Below are positions 8,835 through 18,687 of a stretch of DNA of 53,458 nt, piece by piece. Origin of the DNA: a virus (lineage: Duplodnaviria; Caudoviricetes); the IMG/VR virus record IMGVR_UViG_3300023174_000221, positions 1-53,458 of that record, one strand, 5' to 3'. The position numbers were made by a program, and so were the translations under genes. Each line of letters opens with the position of its first letter. The first letter of the stretch is position 1. The notes beneath the pieces are model-generated. The model saw only the letters and a list, made by a program, of their open reading frames with translations. It had not been told where the DNA came from and ran no database searches.

Positions 8835-11747
8835 TTATGCTTGTGCTTCTGTCCAAGAGAGACGAGCATTAATAGTTGGGGTGCCAGTTACTGCACGCCC
8901 GGTGATGTACAAAATGTCCGGACCATCTGGATAAAGATTATTAAAAGTTTGTGGGAGAGCTTGGTTAGTGCCACCACCATTTATGCTGTTACCAAGCTCT
9001 CTTACAGAAGAAAGATCCTGTTGTGATACACCAGTACCGCAGAAAAATGAAAACACATTTTCGCCGCCGGTGAGGAAATTGCCAACTGCTCCTAGGTAAA
9101 CTTGAGCCAAACTTGATCCACCTATGTTAGTGAAGTTTAGCGCAGCACCTACCCGACCGTTGAGAAAACAGGAGACTCTAACGGTGCCGCTTGCAATGGC
9201 ATCTATGCTTCTCAGACGGAGAGACATTCGATTTATAATTTCGCGAACCCCTAGCAGTCCAATTCTCCCGTTATCCACACTTGGTCCCAACCGAATTGCC
9301 AGCAGCACTGTTTCGTTGCTAGCGTTGAGTGTGACAGCAGCGGGGTTGCCAGTGTTAAATACAAAATTAAAATCATCATCAAATCTACCATCCATGATAA
9401 CGCTTGATCCCCAGTGCGACAATGCAAAAGAGGGTGGAATATTTGAAGCACCAACTGCAGTGACCTGTCCAGCAAATTCTACTGGTGTTGGGGCAGTTGT
9501 AGAATATGCAAATGTCTGTGGTGTTGGATTGCCTCCAGGTTGACCGCGAAGCAGATTGGTCAATGTACTGTTGGCAGTATTTACGCCTGTGTAACGAATG
9601 TATTCCACTGGTGCACTGCTGGTATTACCAGGTGCCCTAACAACCACAATTCCTGAGGGCGCTGGAAACACTGAAACGTCTCTAACAGATAAACTTGTCG
9701 TTTCAGTGTTGGACAAGTTGAGAGCCAACAAGGAATACGGATTATAATTGGACTGTTCATACCGAGAAGGCAAATTGCCAGAGCGCATGTATGCCTCTTG
9801 ATTGTTGTTGTTGTTGAGCATTTTGTGGCAATAGTAAACATTTCCATTTTGTGCTCTGAATCCCCAGCGTATAAAACCGGCACCATACCAAGAGTAATCT
9901 ATGTAAAACATTTGCATTTTGGTTGGGTCAAACCTATAACCACTGGCGCCTCTGCCATTCATTGGATCAATATTCCATTGATCTTGACGAACACGGGTAT
10001 CAATGGTTTTGGATATGATAGTGTTGGTTGCATTCACCGTGGGTCTATAATCAGGTGTAATGAACATTCTTGTTTGGGATTCGATGCTAAGAACTTTGTA
10101 GCTCTGACCCTTGATGACCACCCAATCGTTAGGTTCCAGTTGTCTTGCAAATAATGTACCTACGCCATCAACTTGATTGCTATTTGATGCAACAGTAACA
10201 GTACCGGCTAACTGTGCTGTGCTGCTGCGTCTTACTGCGTATGTATACACACCGTCATGTTCAAAGAATATTCCGTTTTGCTGGTCAAACATTCCTAGGC
10301 GCGACACCACACCATAATTTTCACCAGGAGAAATGTTGATTGGAAAACCTGGTGCCTGGGTAACAGAAGGTGCTGATACTGTTCTATAAGTAAAAGTAAC
10401 ATCACTTGGGATAGTCTCCACAATAAAGTTGCCGTTGAATGCACTGTCATCTGAACCGGTGATTACAATTCTAGTACCAGGACGACAGCCATGAGGTACT
10501 TTGGTTGTAACTGTTACAATGGCACCAGGCGTTGTTGTAGCTGCAACAACAGTATTAATCTGAAAAGATGGTCTGAAGATGGATCCTGTGCTGAATTGAA
10601 TTCCTTTGCCAGATTGATATCTAAAATATTTGCGTGTCTGTCTTACTATGGAACAATTGGCACCTCCAACACCACAGCTAAACTGTATGCCTCCATCATA
10701 AGGTCTCTGTATTGAGAAACCGGATGGACGGCCATATAAAATTTCTCTACTTGCAGGATTAGTTATGAGAGCAGAAGGAGTACCATTGGGGTTTGTGAAT
10801 CTAAACTGTGTTGCATTTAACACATCAGTAATAACTTGACTGCCTGTGATGGTTGTTGCGAGCGTTGGTCCAGAGACATTTGCTGCGGCACTATTTGAAC
10901 CTGTGACATAAATTAAATTGCCTGGGTATAAGCCGTGTGCAGTTGAAGTGGTGCATGTTACAACACTGCCAGCAAAGGTAAATGCATTGGCCCCAATAGC
11001 AATACCAGCGCCTGTGTAGAATGTTGCTGGAAATAATAATGTTCTGTTGGTGTCAAGTACAGAACCTGCAGGTATGATGGCACCCTCATCTGTGTTGAAG
11101 GTGATAACACTGGTCCCAGTTGTGTTAACAACAAACCAACCATTTGTATTAGGGTTTAATGTATCCTGCAGAAAAATGGGTAATCCGGGTCTGAAAATAG
11201 CTGGTGTGGTACTACCAAATGTAATGGTTACAGTTCGCGTGCCATCACCAGCTATATTTGAAATGACAGGTGTAGATTGTGTGGTATCATATGGTTCGGA
11301 AGGTATAATAAACGCTGTTGGTTTATTGTTTGTTTGAAATAATGATTCCCATTTGGTTGGCTGCACACTGTATTCAAAATCTGTATCAATTAATGATTGT
11401 GGTGCGGAAATGCGTGATTTATTGACTGGATCATAATATTCCTCAGCTGGGGAAATGTGCATGGTAGGTGCATCATAAACCACTTGAATGGAGTCAGTTG
11501 CTGCATGCCCTGTGGTGTCTACACCCAAGGTCAGAATGTTTGTGTTTGGATTCCAATTTGACCAACCCAAATTTGGTTGGCCTTCGGCAAAAATAACTTT
11601 ATTTCTAGTTTGGTTAATAATTGCCATTAACCTGTTGATAGAGAACGGATATACGTTATAAACTTGAGAGAAATTGACTGTGCCGACACCCGCAGCACCT
11701 GGTATAAAAACTAATGTGGCAGAGGTTGTAGTAAGTACTGTCTTCAC
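8835..11747 (-). CDS. Large virion structural protein (970 aa) of cyanophage-like type, third paralog
   Basis: Motifs PQSLIDTDFEY, RQTRKYFRYQSGKG, MQMFYIDYSWYGAG, SHWGSSVIMDG and C-terminal LSWTEAQA. Contains repeated beta modules (TTSTAHGL, TTKVPHG). Confidence 0.7.
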   Translation of the reverse strand: MKTVLTTTSATLVFIPGAAGVGTVNFSQVYNVYPFSINRLMAIINQTRNKVIFAEGQPNLGWSNWNPNTNILTLGVDTTGHAATDSIQVVYDAPTMHISPAEEYYDPVNKSRISAPQSLIDTDFEYSVQPTKWESLFQTNNKPTAFIIPSEPYDTTQSTPVISNIAGDGTRTVTITFGSTTPAIFRPGLPIFLQDTLNPNTNGWFVVNTTGTSVITFNTDEGAIIPAGSVLDTNRTLLFPATFYTGAGIAIGANAFTFAGSVVTCTTSTAHGLYPGNLIYVTGSNSAAANVSGPTLATTITGSQVITDVLNATQFRFTNPNGTPSALITNPASREILYGRPSGFSIQRPYDGGIQFSCGVGGANCSIVRQTRKYFRYQSGKGIQFSTGSIFRPSFQINTVVAATTTPGAIVTVTTKVPHGCRPGTRIVITGSDDSAFNGNFIVETIPSDVTFTYRTVSAPSVTQAPGFPINISPGENYGVVSRLGMFDQQNGIFFEHDGVYTYAVRRSSTAQLAGTVTVASNSNQVDGVGTLFARQLEPNDWVVIKGQSYKVLSIESQTRMFITPDYRPTVNATNTIISKTIDTRVRQDQWNIDPMNGRGASGYRFDPTKMQMFYIDYSWYGAGFIRWGFRAQNGNVYYCHKMLNNNNNQEAYMRSGNLPSRYEQSNYNPYSLLALNLSNTETTSLSVRDVSVFPAPSGIVVVRAPGNTSSAPVEYIRYTGVNTANSTLTNLLRGQPGGNPTPQTFAYSTTAPTPVEFAGQVTAVGASNIPPSFALSHWGSSVIMDGRFDDDFNFVFNTGNPAAVTLNASNETVLLAIRLGPSVDNGRIGLLGVREIINRMSLRLRSIDAIASGTVRVSCFLNGRVGAALNFTNIGGSSLAQVYLGAVGNFLTGGENVFSFFCGTGVSQQDLSSVRELGNSINGGGTNQALPQTFNNLYPDGPDILYITGRAVTGTPTINARLSWTEAQA

Positions 11748-11751
11748 TCTT

Positions 11752-11759
11752 TATTTATA
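11752..11759 (-). promoter_or_regulatory. T4-type late promoter TATAAATA
   Basis: TATAAATA-aaga-GTG. The same context occurs at 26433, and TAAATA-aaga-GTG at 17006. Confidence 0.65.
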
Positions 11760-11774
11760 TTTATGTATAAGGTA

Positions 11775-13700
11775 TTAGCTAAAAATAAAGGTATTAGTTA
11801 CAATTGTTTCCAACAGAGATGTCGAAACTATATTGCCACTTGCGCTAATATTACCAACAACAGTTAATTCATTATTGGGGTTGTTTGTGTTGATACCTAC
11901 CTTGGATAGAGTGTTGCCAGGTGTGCTATTACCCACATATACAGTAATATCAGATGACGTGTTTATTACGCTGAGTGTACTTAATGTTGTTGTGTTTGTT
12001 CCTGTGAGATTGGTTATTGTTGGACCAGATAAAGTGCCTGTTGCATTTATTAATACAGGGGCATTAATTGCCGCACCAGTTACAATTTTATCACCAGTTA
12101 TGGCACCAGCGCTTATGTTTCGAGTATTGACTGCATTGCTTGCGATTTTTTCTGTTGTGACTGCATTATTACCAATACTAGAAGTGAGTACGCTGTTTTG
12201 CGAAGGATACATTGAAACTGCTGGAAACGGCCTGTGATAGATAACTTCAACAATATTGAGTCCCACCGGGGGCGTTTGAGTGACACTCAAGGTGTACTGA
12301 TCGGGTAAATTAAGAGTACCTTTGTTCTGATAAACTCCGGAAATATAGACACTAATATCATTAAGAGAGGCCACTGCACAAAGAAGACTAAATGTTGTCT
12401 GACCAGGTGCCACATCAAAGGTTTGATATGGAATAAAGGAATTAGTAAGAACATAATTGCCAGCAGAGAGTGTACCTACAACAGACAAGCTGCCAAAAAT
12501 TGTTAGGTTTTCTGCTAGTTTCGCTGTTGTAACAGATCTGTTGGCAATCTTTTGTGTTGTTATGCTTCCATCGGCAACTGTACCAATTTGCAGAGGATTG
12601 GCTTGCAGGTATACAATTTCAATATTGGGCTCTGCAACCATGTCTGGTGCAGGTGGGGCTTGTGTGAATGTAATTGTGGAGGGCGGTCCTTCAACAATGG
12701 TATAGGTTATTTTGTCTTGATATACACCACCAATGTACACAAGAAGATTGTTGGCACTGGCAACAATCTGTGTAAGATTGAAGATTTGTGTTACACCATC
12801 ACCGGTGAATGTATCAACAATATTATTTTGAAGTGTACCAAAGATTCTATCTGCACTCAACCCACCCTTGACACTTAATCCTGTTGTAACAGTTAAATTT
12901 TTAATTAAAACATTATTGGTGGAAAGATAGTTTGTTACTGTGGGTAAAATTTCAGCAGATTCTTCCCAACTATTAGAAAGAGACCTCACTGTGGAGTACA
13001 CAGTATCCCAATTTGCAGAAGTTGTTCTTGTGGAAACATATGTACTGGCAAATTGATCGCTATTGTAATTTTGTGTGTAGAAAATACTGTTGGTACTGAT
13101 GCTACCATTCACAGTTAATTCAGTATTTGGGTAACTTGTGTTGATTCCAATCTTGCCTCTGCCAGTGCCTGTGGCATCGTTGATGTAAAGAACGTCAACG
13201 TTGTAATCTGTGTCTCTAAATTTTGCAAGGTAAAAATTACCGCCAAAAGATCCAACAAACAGAGCAGGTTCATATCCAAGTGACTGTACACTCAGCGCTG
13301 TTAAGCCAGTTAATGTTGTAATGAAATATTGCGCGCTAACTGCCGACAAACCACCAGTAGCAAATATGCCACCCTTTACAAAAAGGTCGCCTTCTATTGT
13401 GCCTCCAGTTAATTTTAAATAGCGAGTATCAGCTGTTTGAATGGTGAGCCAACTAGCACTGTTTGCTTGCAGGGTAGTATATGAACTATCCCATAGAGTG
13501 GTTTTTAAAATGAATCGCTCACCAATGGAATTTGTTGCTAAAACAAAAGTATTGAAAGCGCTAGAAGCTGCAGGTGCAGGTACTCCGAAATTAGGTTCTG
13601 CGTTTTGTAAGTTTAGATACTGGTATCTAAGTGTGTCGGCGCTTAACGGTGGATTTACCATCACCCGTTGGCTTATAAAACTCGGGCGTGTTGTGTTCAT
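11775..13700 (-). CDS. Tail fibre / virion protein
   Basis: Two GINTxxPNxELTVxGxIS modules, two FxGDGxTxxFxL...VYIxGVYQ-type modules, and ADGSITTQKI-type repeats. Confidence 0.7.
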   Translation of the reverse strand: MNTTRPSFISQRVMVNPPLSADTLRYQYLNLQNAEPNFGVPAPAASSAFNTFVLATNSIGERFILKTTLWDSSYTTLQANSASWLTIQTADTRYLKLTGGTIEGDLFVKGGIFATGGLSAVSAQYFITTLTGLTALSVQSLGYEPALFVGSFGGNFYLAKFRDTDYNVDVLYINDATGTGRGKIGINTSYPNTELTVNGSISTNSIFYTQNYNSDQFASTYVSTRTTSANWDTVYSTVRSLSNSWEESAEILPTVTNYLSTNNVLIKNLTVTTGLSVKGGLSADRIFGTLQNNIVDTFTGDGVTQIFNLTQIVASANNLLVYIGGVYQDKITYTIVEGPPSTITFTQAPPAPDMVAEPNIEIVYLQANPLQIGTVADGSITTQKIANRSVTTAKLAENLTIFGSLSVVGTLSAGNYVLTNSFIPYQTFDVAPGQTTFSLLCAVASLNDISVYISGVYQNKGTLNLPDQYTLSVTQTPPVGLNIVEVIYHRPFPAVSMYPSQNSVLTSSIGNNAVTTEKIASNAVNTRNISAGAITGDKIVTGAAINAPVLINATGTLSGPTITNLTGTNTTTLSTLSVINTSSDITVYVGNSTPGNTLSKVGINTNNPNNELTVVGNISASGNIVSTSLLETIVTNTFIFS

Positions 13701-14053
13701 TATGCGGGTGTATTGATAGTTTCAAGAATAGAAAGAGTCAAGTGAACACTATCATTCCGACTGCAATACACAATAAGCTTATCACCCTCAGTTAATACAA
13801 TTTTTCCAAGAATGATGTTTGCAGCATCGTAAGGTGGTATGGCAAATCCGCTGACCAAGAAGGTTAACGAACTATAAGTTGTGCTTGATATTGAAGCTGT
13901 TACTGTTTGATAGCTATCAGTAATATTTGTGGTTTGAGCGGTCAGAATAATAGCAGCACGCTGTGATGGTGCAGTGTATAGACTGGGTACTGTCCCTATT
14001 GTAGATAAAGGGGTTACAAGGCTTCTGAAAAAATTAAGAGGTACTGTTGCCAT
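13700..14053 (-). CDS. Small virion-associated protein (T4-like cyanophage type)
   Basis: LYTAP..AAIIL.AQ.TN...KIVL.EGD...LSILET pattern; preceded by TAAATA-N4-ATG. Confidence 0.6.
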   Translation of the reverse strand: MATVPLNFFRSLVTPLSTIGTVPSLYTAPSQRAAIILTAQTTNITDSYQTVTASISSTTYSSLTFLVSGFAIPPYDAANIILGKIVLTEGDKLIVYCSRNDSVHLTLSILETINTPA

Positions 14054-14064
14054 ATTTTATTTAT

Positions 14065-15507
14065 TCATTCAATAGCTAGTACGAAGGGTGTAACCAGTGA
14101 AAAGATGGATCTCTGGAAAGTCTGACCTTCAATAGTTCCAGTTGCTTGTTTGATAGTGAATTCAGTACCCACTCTAAAATCGCCACTCTGATTTGTAGCG
14201 GTAAAGAATACAGCACCTCCACCACTTGATACCACTTCATTGTCTGGGTTGGTTTGCCCGCCAAGAATGGGCAAAGCAGAAACAAGTGTTGTACCAGTGC
14301 CAACGTATTCAAATGTAATTGCACTGGCAAGAATGCTGCTTCTAATATAAAAATAAACTTTTCTACCATAGAAATTTTGTGCACCAATTGTTGTGGGTGG
14401 TTCAATATAAACATCAAATGTATTTGTTCCAACACGAGCAGCAGAAGAAACTATGTATTGTGTGCTTGAACTGTCTCCCTGTATTTCAAACAGCATTCCC
14501 AGTGAGGGTGTTGTTGCTAACAAAGCAGGAGAAACATTGTTTACTGTAATAACACCCTCACCACCGGAAAGATTGGTTGTCAGAGTACCAGTGAGAGCTG
14601 CAACAGGAGATTTACCAAAAGCTGCCAGGCCATAATTTCCAAAAGAACAATTGGATGTATTCACATCACAACTACCACCGTCAGTACAAAGCACACCATA
14701 GGTAGCGGCAATTGTGAAGATACTGACCAATTGCGCATAACCATTGTTGGTAATGTGTATACCAACTCCACCTTCATTAAATTGTGTATAAGAATCCATT
14801 ACCATGCTTCTGATATAACCACCCACAAGGTTTCCATCTATTCTGCAACCTGCACCAGCGTTTTCTGCCCCTGCAGGAGATGATTGTGTGATGGAGCTAC
14901 AACCTTGAATATAAGGGCTAGTTCTAATATAAAGCGGACTGGTGGGTATATTTTTGTTTGTGGGTGGTGTACTGGACAAGCTCGGATAATTGAAAGCAAT
15001 ATTGTATTGTGGTTGCAGAGGGTCTGTGTTTGGAAATGCTACAGCAGCACCAGGAGATCGGTGCCCTCTAAAAGTCATGCCCCACAAGTAATCACCATTT
15101 GTTACCCAAAAGATATCATATGCTGGATTAACAGGATAAACATTAACTCGTCTTAAATTGTCCCCAATAATGGAACAATTGGGTGGGACATAGATAGGAT
15201 TCTGTTCGTAATAATCGCCAGAGCGTACAAAAATAGTATATTTGTTTAATGGGTTTGCAGCTGCAACTTGACACCCTCTTTTGATTGTTCTGAATGGTTC
15301 ATTTTCACCAAGTCCACGAAACTCAAAATCATTGCCGCTTATGGTAACATATAGATTGTTTGGGGTTGTCGTCAACCCACCAGATATGATCTTGGAGATT
15401 GTGTAGAAATTTACCTTAAATTCACCAACTAGCGGCCTGAATCCAACAAGATAGTCTGTTGGTATAGGTTCAATTGGACTAAAGTCATTAAACGACCGAA
15501 ATGGCAT
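14065..15507 (-). CDS. Virion structural protein with pectin-lyase-like beta-helix
   Basis: YVTISGND..PFRTIK, GDYYEQNPI.VP..SIIGDNLR, SPYIQ, SMVMDSYTQ, NNGYAQLVS and GDFRVG..FTI.Q.TG motifs of T4-like fibre/structural proteins. Confidence 0.7.
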   Translation of the reverse strand: MPFRSFNDFSPIEPIPTDYLVGFRPLVGEFKVNFYTISKIISGGLTTTPNNLYVTISGNDFEFRGLGENEPFRTIKRGCQVAAANPLNKYTIFVRSGDYYEQNPIYVPPNCSIIGDNLRRVNVYPVNPAYDIFWVTNGDYLWGMTFRGHRSPGAAVAFPNTDPLQPQYNIAFNYPSLSSTPPTNKNIPTSPLYIRTSPYIQGCSSITQSSPAGAENAGAGCRIDGNLVGGYIRSMVMDSYTQFNEGGVGIHITNNGYAQLVSIFTIAATYGVLCTDGGSCDVNTSNCSFGNYGLAAFGKSPVAALTGTLTTNLSGGEGVITVNNVSPALLATTPSLGMLFEIQGDSSSTQYIVSSAARVGTNTFDVYIEPPTTIGAQNFYGRKVYFYIRSSILASAITFEYVGTGTTLVSALPILGGQTNPDNEVVSSGGGAVFFTATNQSGDFRVGTEFTIKQATGTIEGQTFQRSIFSLVTPFVLAIE

Positions 15508-15547
15508 AGGATTATTTAGTTCTATGCTCTACGGAATAAACAAGCAA

Positions 15548-15712
15548 TTAGGCTTTATTATCGGTCTTCTTTAATGCATCAGTCGAAACGATATCCACAC
15601 GGCTCATAACCCTGTCCCCACTAATAAGCGTTACTGGGACAAGTGCTGCCTGATATTCAGTGAGCAGTTGTTCAATTTTCGTTTTAACCTCGAGAAGCTT
15701 ATTTTCGTCCAT
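15548..15712 (-). CDS. Small hypothetical protein (54 aa), paralog of 27792-28001; not in ORF track
   Basis: MDENKLLEVKTKIEQLLTEYQAALVPVTLISGDRVMSRVDIVSTDALKKTDNKA aligns ungapped with the core of 27792-28001. Confidence 0.75.
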   Translation of the reverse strand: MDENKLLEVKTKIEQLLTEYQAALVPVTLISGDRVMSRVDIVSTDALKKTDNKA

Positions 15713-15749
15713 ATACGTTAATTTATATGGTTATTATTAAAATCAACTA

Positions 15750-16166
15750 CTAATGAAGAGTGGCCAGGAGTACTATCTGATTATTCCCAGGTGCTGGTGG
15801 TACTAAGCTTTCAGCAATTTGAATACATGAGAAACGTTTACCAGAGGATGCCAACTTGTAGCCTGCTGGGTTTGCATATATTATATCAAGCCGCTGCGGA
15901 TAGCTAAAGGCGGACAATCTGAAGCTCAATGTATTGTTTGTATGTACATTGAAATAATCCACAGGGTAGGCACTAAAGGGTGGGTTTGCCGCACTTACAC
16001 TTCTTGTATTGCTGTACAGGTTGAATAGCTTTTCATTTCCATTAAATTTATTGGAACTTAAGTAGAGTCCGTTGGCCGTTTGGTATTTGAACATGTTGCC
16101 CTCCAAAACGATTGTTACATCGTTGGTACTCACAGGTATTGTAAAGGATGGAATAATTTTACTCAT
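15750..16166 (-). CDS. Hypothetical protein, possibly Ig/IPT-like
   Basis: Start reassigned to the ATG overlapping the gp15 stop. Beta-rich, with LDIIYANPAGY. Confidence 0.55.
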   Translation of the reverse strand: MSKIIPSFTIPVSTNDVTIVLEGNMFKYQTANGLYLSSNKFNGNEKLFNLYSNTRSVSAANPPFSAYPVDYFNVHTNNTLSFRLSAFSYPQRLDIIYANPAGYKLASSGKRFSCIQIAESLVPPAPGNNQIVLLATLH

Positions 16167-17001
16167 TAGGTGCGTTGTAGGGATTTGCTGGTGTGGTGTA
16201 CAACTGCACACCGGTTATGACGGGTCGACCTGAAACAGAGAATGTATCTGTATTATAGAAAGCTGAGAGTGAGTCTTGATCTGTAATAACCTGGGATTTT
16301 AAAGTATTATATGCACCATATTCGAGCGGTGTACCAGCACTCACAGCTGTCATGCTCACATCAATGCGGAATATATTATTAACAGGATCTTGAGGATCCG
16401 GGAATAAGAAGCCTTTGATAGTAAAGCCTGTGTTTGCAATAATTTGAGCTTTTTGTTGTCCGTTTATGTCTGTTGGGTATTCGAGATTAATATTACCACT
16501 CCAGGCAACTTCAGTCCTGATTTCTTGAGTGTATGGAAGATTAAATTCTTTGGGTATAGTCCAGCTAAGAATAATGTAGGGATTATTAAAAGGTACGAAA
16601 TTACTGAGAATTTGATCCATGTCAGATTGATATCGAGCAATAATGCTCATGGAAATATCGATGTTAACTGGAACAGGGGCTTTATAGTAGTATGATTGAC
16701 CACCGGGGGCGCGTTCAGTTGGAGTACCATGGGCATAGAAGCCAGCATTTTTATTGAAAACACGATTATTATCGCGGGAGATACTATTAATAGTAATGCT
16801 GATACAAGGAAGAGTTACATTTTGCGCTGGGTTAACAAGATCAAAGAGAACACGTTGTTTTGGTGCATAAACATATCTTACTTGTTGTGTTGTAAGTGGA
16901 TTACGATTTTTATCGTATCTTTTAATTACTACATTATCAAAAGCAGCAAGAAATTGAAGGACGAGATCCTTAACTTCGAAATAATAGCTATACTGCTTCA
17001 C
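16159..17001 (-). CDS. T4 gp15-like tail completion / sheath stabiliser protein
   Basis: F...FDNVVIKR, YVYAPKQR, TLPCISI, RD..R.FNK, PVPVNI..SMSIIARYQSDMDQI...F.P. Confidence 0.85.
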   Translation of the reverse strand: MKQYSYYFEVKDLVLQFLAAFDNVVIKRYDKNRNPLTTQQVRYVYAPKQRVLFDLVNPAQNVTLPCISITINSISRDNNRVFNKNAGFYAHGTPTERAPGGQSYYYKAPVPVNIDISMSIIARYQSDMDQILSNFVPFNNPYIILSWTIPKEFNLPYTQEIRTEVAWSGNINLEYPTDINGQQKAQIIANTGFTIKGFLFPDPQDPVNNIFRIDVSMTAVSAGTPLEYGAYNTLKSQVITDQDSLSAFYNTDTFSVSGRPVITGVQLYTTPANPYNAPNE

Positions 17002-17022
17002 TCTTTATTTATGTATAAAGAG
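17001..17022 (-). promoter_or_regulatory. Late promoter TAAATA (17006-17011) embedded in an 8-bp hairpin that includes the first base of the gp15 GTG
   Basis: Minus strand reads CTCTTTAT-ACATAA-ATAAAGAG-TG. Confidence 0.55.
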
Positions 17023-17034
17023 GTATCCGGACGA

Positions 17035-17238
17035 TCAATAATACTTCCACTTTGCGGCAGATATTTCCCTAGAAAGTCTCTTTCGTTTGGAGGGTTTCAT
17101 GTAGTATCGGTGAAGCTTGAGGACCTCAATGACACCACTTCGCTTGAATTCGTTTGAAAACTGCTTGAGCTTTTTGTCAAAATAAAGCTTATTTGAAGCT
17201 TTGCTCTTCTCTAGCTTTACCTCGCAATTAATTCCCAT
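17035..17238 (-). CDS. rpsU: Phage-encoded 30S ribosomal protein bS21
   Basis: 67 aa and highly basic. FDKKLKQF...KRSGVI.VLK.HRYYMKPSKRKR matches the bS21 (L)xRFKR..GI..E.R.R..YEKPS pattern. TAAATA-N4-ATG upstream. Confidence 0.8.
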   Translation of the reverse strand: MGINCEVKLEKSKASNKLYFDKKLKQFSNEFKRSGVIEVLKLHRYYMKPSKRKRLSREISAAKWKYY

Positions 17239-17253
17239 AATCTATTTACTTTC

Positions 17254-17601
17254 TCAAGCCCCATCTTCTACTGTAATAATTTCAGCATATGAATTAAAAT
17301 ACTTGTTGGGTTTCTTGGGTGTCAAGAGCTTCACATAGCTATCTATGCTTTGCATGTTTGATGAAAAGGATTTCAATGTATAGTCCAGGGTAATCCCTTT
17401 GTCCTTGATTGTGAAATTATAAGGGTAGGGAATTTCAAATATTTTCTTGGAATGAGCAATGCTGAGAGTGAACACCAGGTAAAAGTCTTTGATGCAAAAA
17501 AGAATTAGCTTACCTGTCTTCACAGTTTTGTTGTTGATGTTGATGGAGATCTTCTGTTGAAGAAAGTGATTGATCTCTTTTTCTAGTCTTTCAGCTTTCA
17601 T
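17254..17601 (-). CDS. Hypothetical protein
   Basis: ORF track; TAATG coupling to the upstream gene. Confidence 0.65.
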   Translation of the reverse strand: MKAERLEKEINHFLQQKISININNKTVKTGKLILFCIKDFYLVFTLSIAHSKKIFEIPYPYNFTIKDKGITLDYTLKSFSSNMQSIDSYVKLLTPKKPNKYFNSYAEIITVEDGA

Positions 17602-17978
17602 TATGAATCCATGAACATGGTTTTCTGTGAAGACGAGAGCTTCATTAGATTGTCTTTGAAATATTTCCAGAATGCTTCACCTGCAGGTATGGTGGTTATC
17701 AATTCACAGCTATTGCAATTCACACAGCGATAATCTTGCATAAGAATGTCCCACACTATGGCAAGATTTTTTTGGTTGGGGTCATATTTGGGGGTGCCTT
17801 TGGATGGTCTGTAGTTTAATGTGATTCTACCATCGATGCTGTTGAGAATAGTGTTGGAATTTGTGCACAACATTCTTCTGAATGCAGGACGCCCCAACAC
17901 CGGTCTGCGGCGTGGGAACTTGATCTCACAAGCGGCGTTTTGAAGTATTGGCTTTAGGCTGGTCAGGGATACTATCAT
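17601..17978 (-). CDS. SH3/WYL-like beta-barrel protein (DUF2693-like)
   Basis: CEIKF.RR....R.MLCT...IVWDI..QDYRCV pattern. Confidence 0.5.
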   Translation of the reverse strand: MIVSLTSLKPILQNAACEIKFPRRRPVLGRPAFRRMLCTNSNTILNSIDGRITLNYRPSKGTPKYDPNQKNLAIVWDILMQDYRCVNCNSCELITTIPAGEAFWKYFKDNLMKLSSSQKTMFMDS

Positions 17979-18384
17979 TATGCTCCCGGGGCTTCACCAC
18001 CCCGAATATTCTTTGTTCATTCAAAAAGATGCCATATCGAACTGTTCCATGTCCAACCACTTCAATGTTAGAAATGGGCACCCCCATGTTGTTAGGAAAC
18101 ATGACATGATCACCTTGCTTCACAAGCTTGCAACTGCTTCCTTGCAAGATCACCTTGCCAATGCGCCATGCATTAGTTTCAGCATTCACTGGAACAACAA
18201 TGCCACCTCTCACAATGGTGTTGGATGAACCACCATCATCCACAAACTCCACCAACATCACATCATCAAGCAAATCACATAAATCATATCCTATGAAAAC
18301 ACTGTTGAAAGTGTTCTTTGAATGCGAACTCAAATCAATGTGACTCTTCTTGGTTGCTAATTGATCAATGGCAGGTCTGCTCAT
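17926..18384 (-). CDS. groES: GroES/Cpn10-like co-chaperonin
   Basis: LDDVMLVE...RGGIVVP.....GKVILQG....VKQGDHVMF....FLNEQRIFGVV. Confidence 0.8.
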   Translation of the reverse strand: MSRPAIDQLATKKSHIDLSSHSKNTFNSVFIGYDLCDLLDDVMLVEFVDDGGSSNTIVRGGIVVPVNAETNAWRIGKVILQGSSCKLVKQGDHVMFPNNMGVPISNIEVVGHGTVRYGIFLNEQRIFGVVKPREHNDSIPDQPKANTSKRRL

Positions 18385-18414
18385 AATGACACTTATAATG
18401 GTAATGCTTGGAAA

Positions 18415-18687
18415 TCAAGCATCCGTCTTGGGTTTCTTGATGTAATTGATTCTCTGTCGCTTGTACTGTGGCAGAACATTGACAAGAAACTTGTATTGTT
18501 CTGCAGGTGTGAAGACCTGTCCAAATCGATTCAACGTCTCATTGACGATTCTGGCTGCAGAACCATCAAGCATGGACAGCCATCTGTTCACAAGATATGG
18601 TGCATATGCCTTCTCATCTTCCGTTTGACCCAGAAGATTGGCCTTCTTGTCAAAAGCCACACCATTGATGATATCAAATATGTTCAA
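18415..18687 (-). CDS. Clamp loader small subunit, T4 gp62-like
   Basis: IFDIIN.V...K....EKAY.PYLVNRWLS....IVNE.N....QYKFL.N.LP...R..YIK. Confidence 0.75.
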   Translation of the reverse strand: MNIFDIINGVAFDKKANLLGQTEDEKAYAPYLVNRWLSMLDGSAARIVNETLNRFGQVFTPAEQYKFLVNVLPQYKRQRINYIKKPKTDA

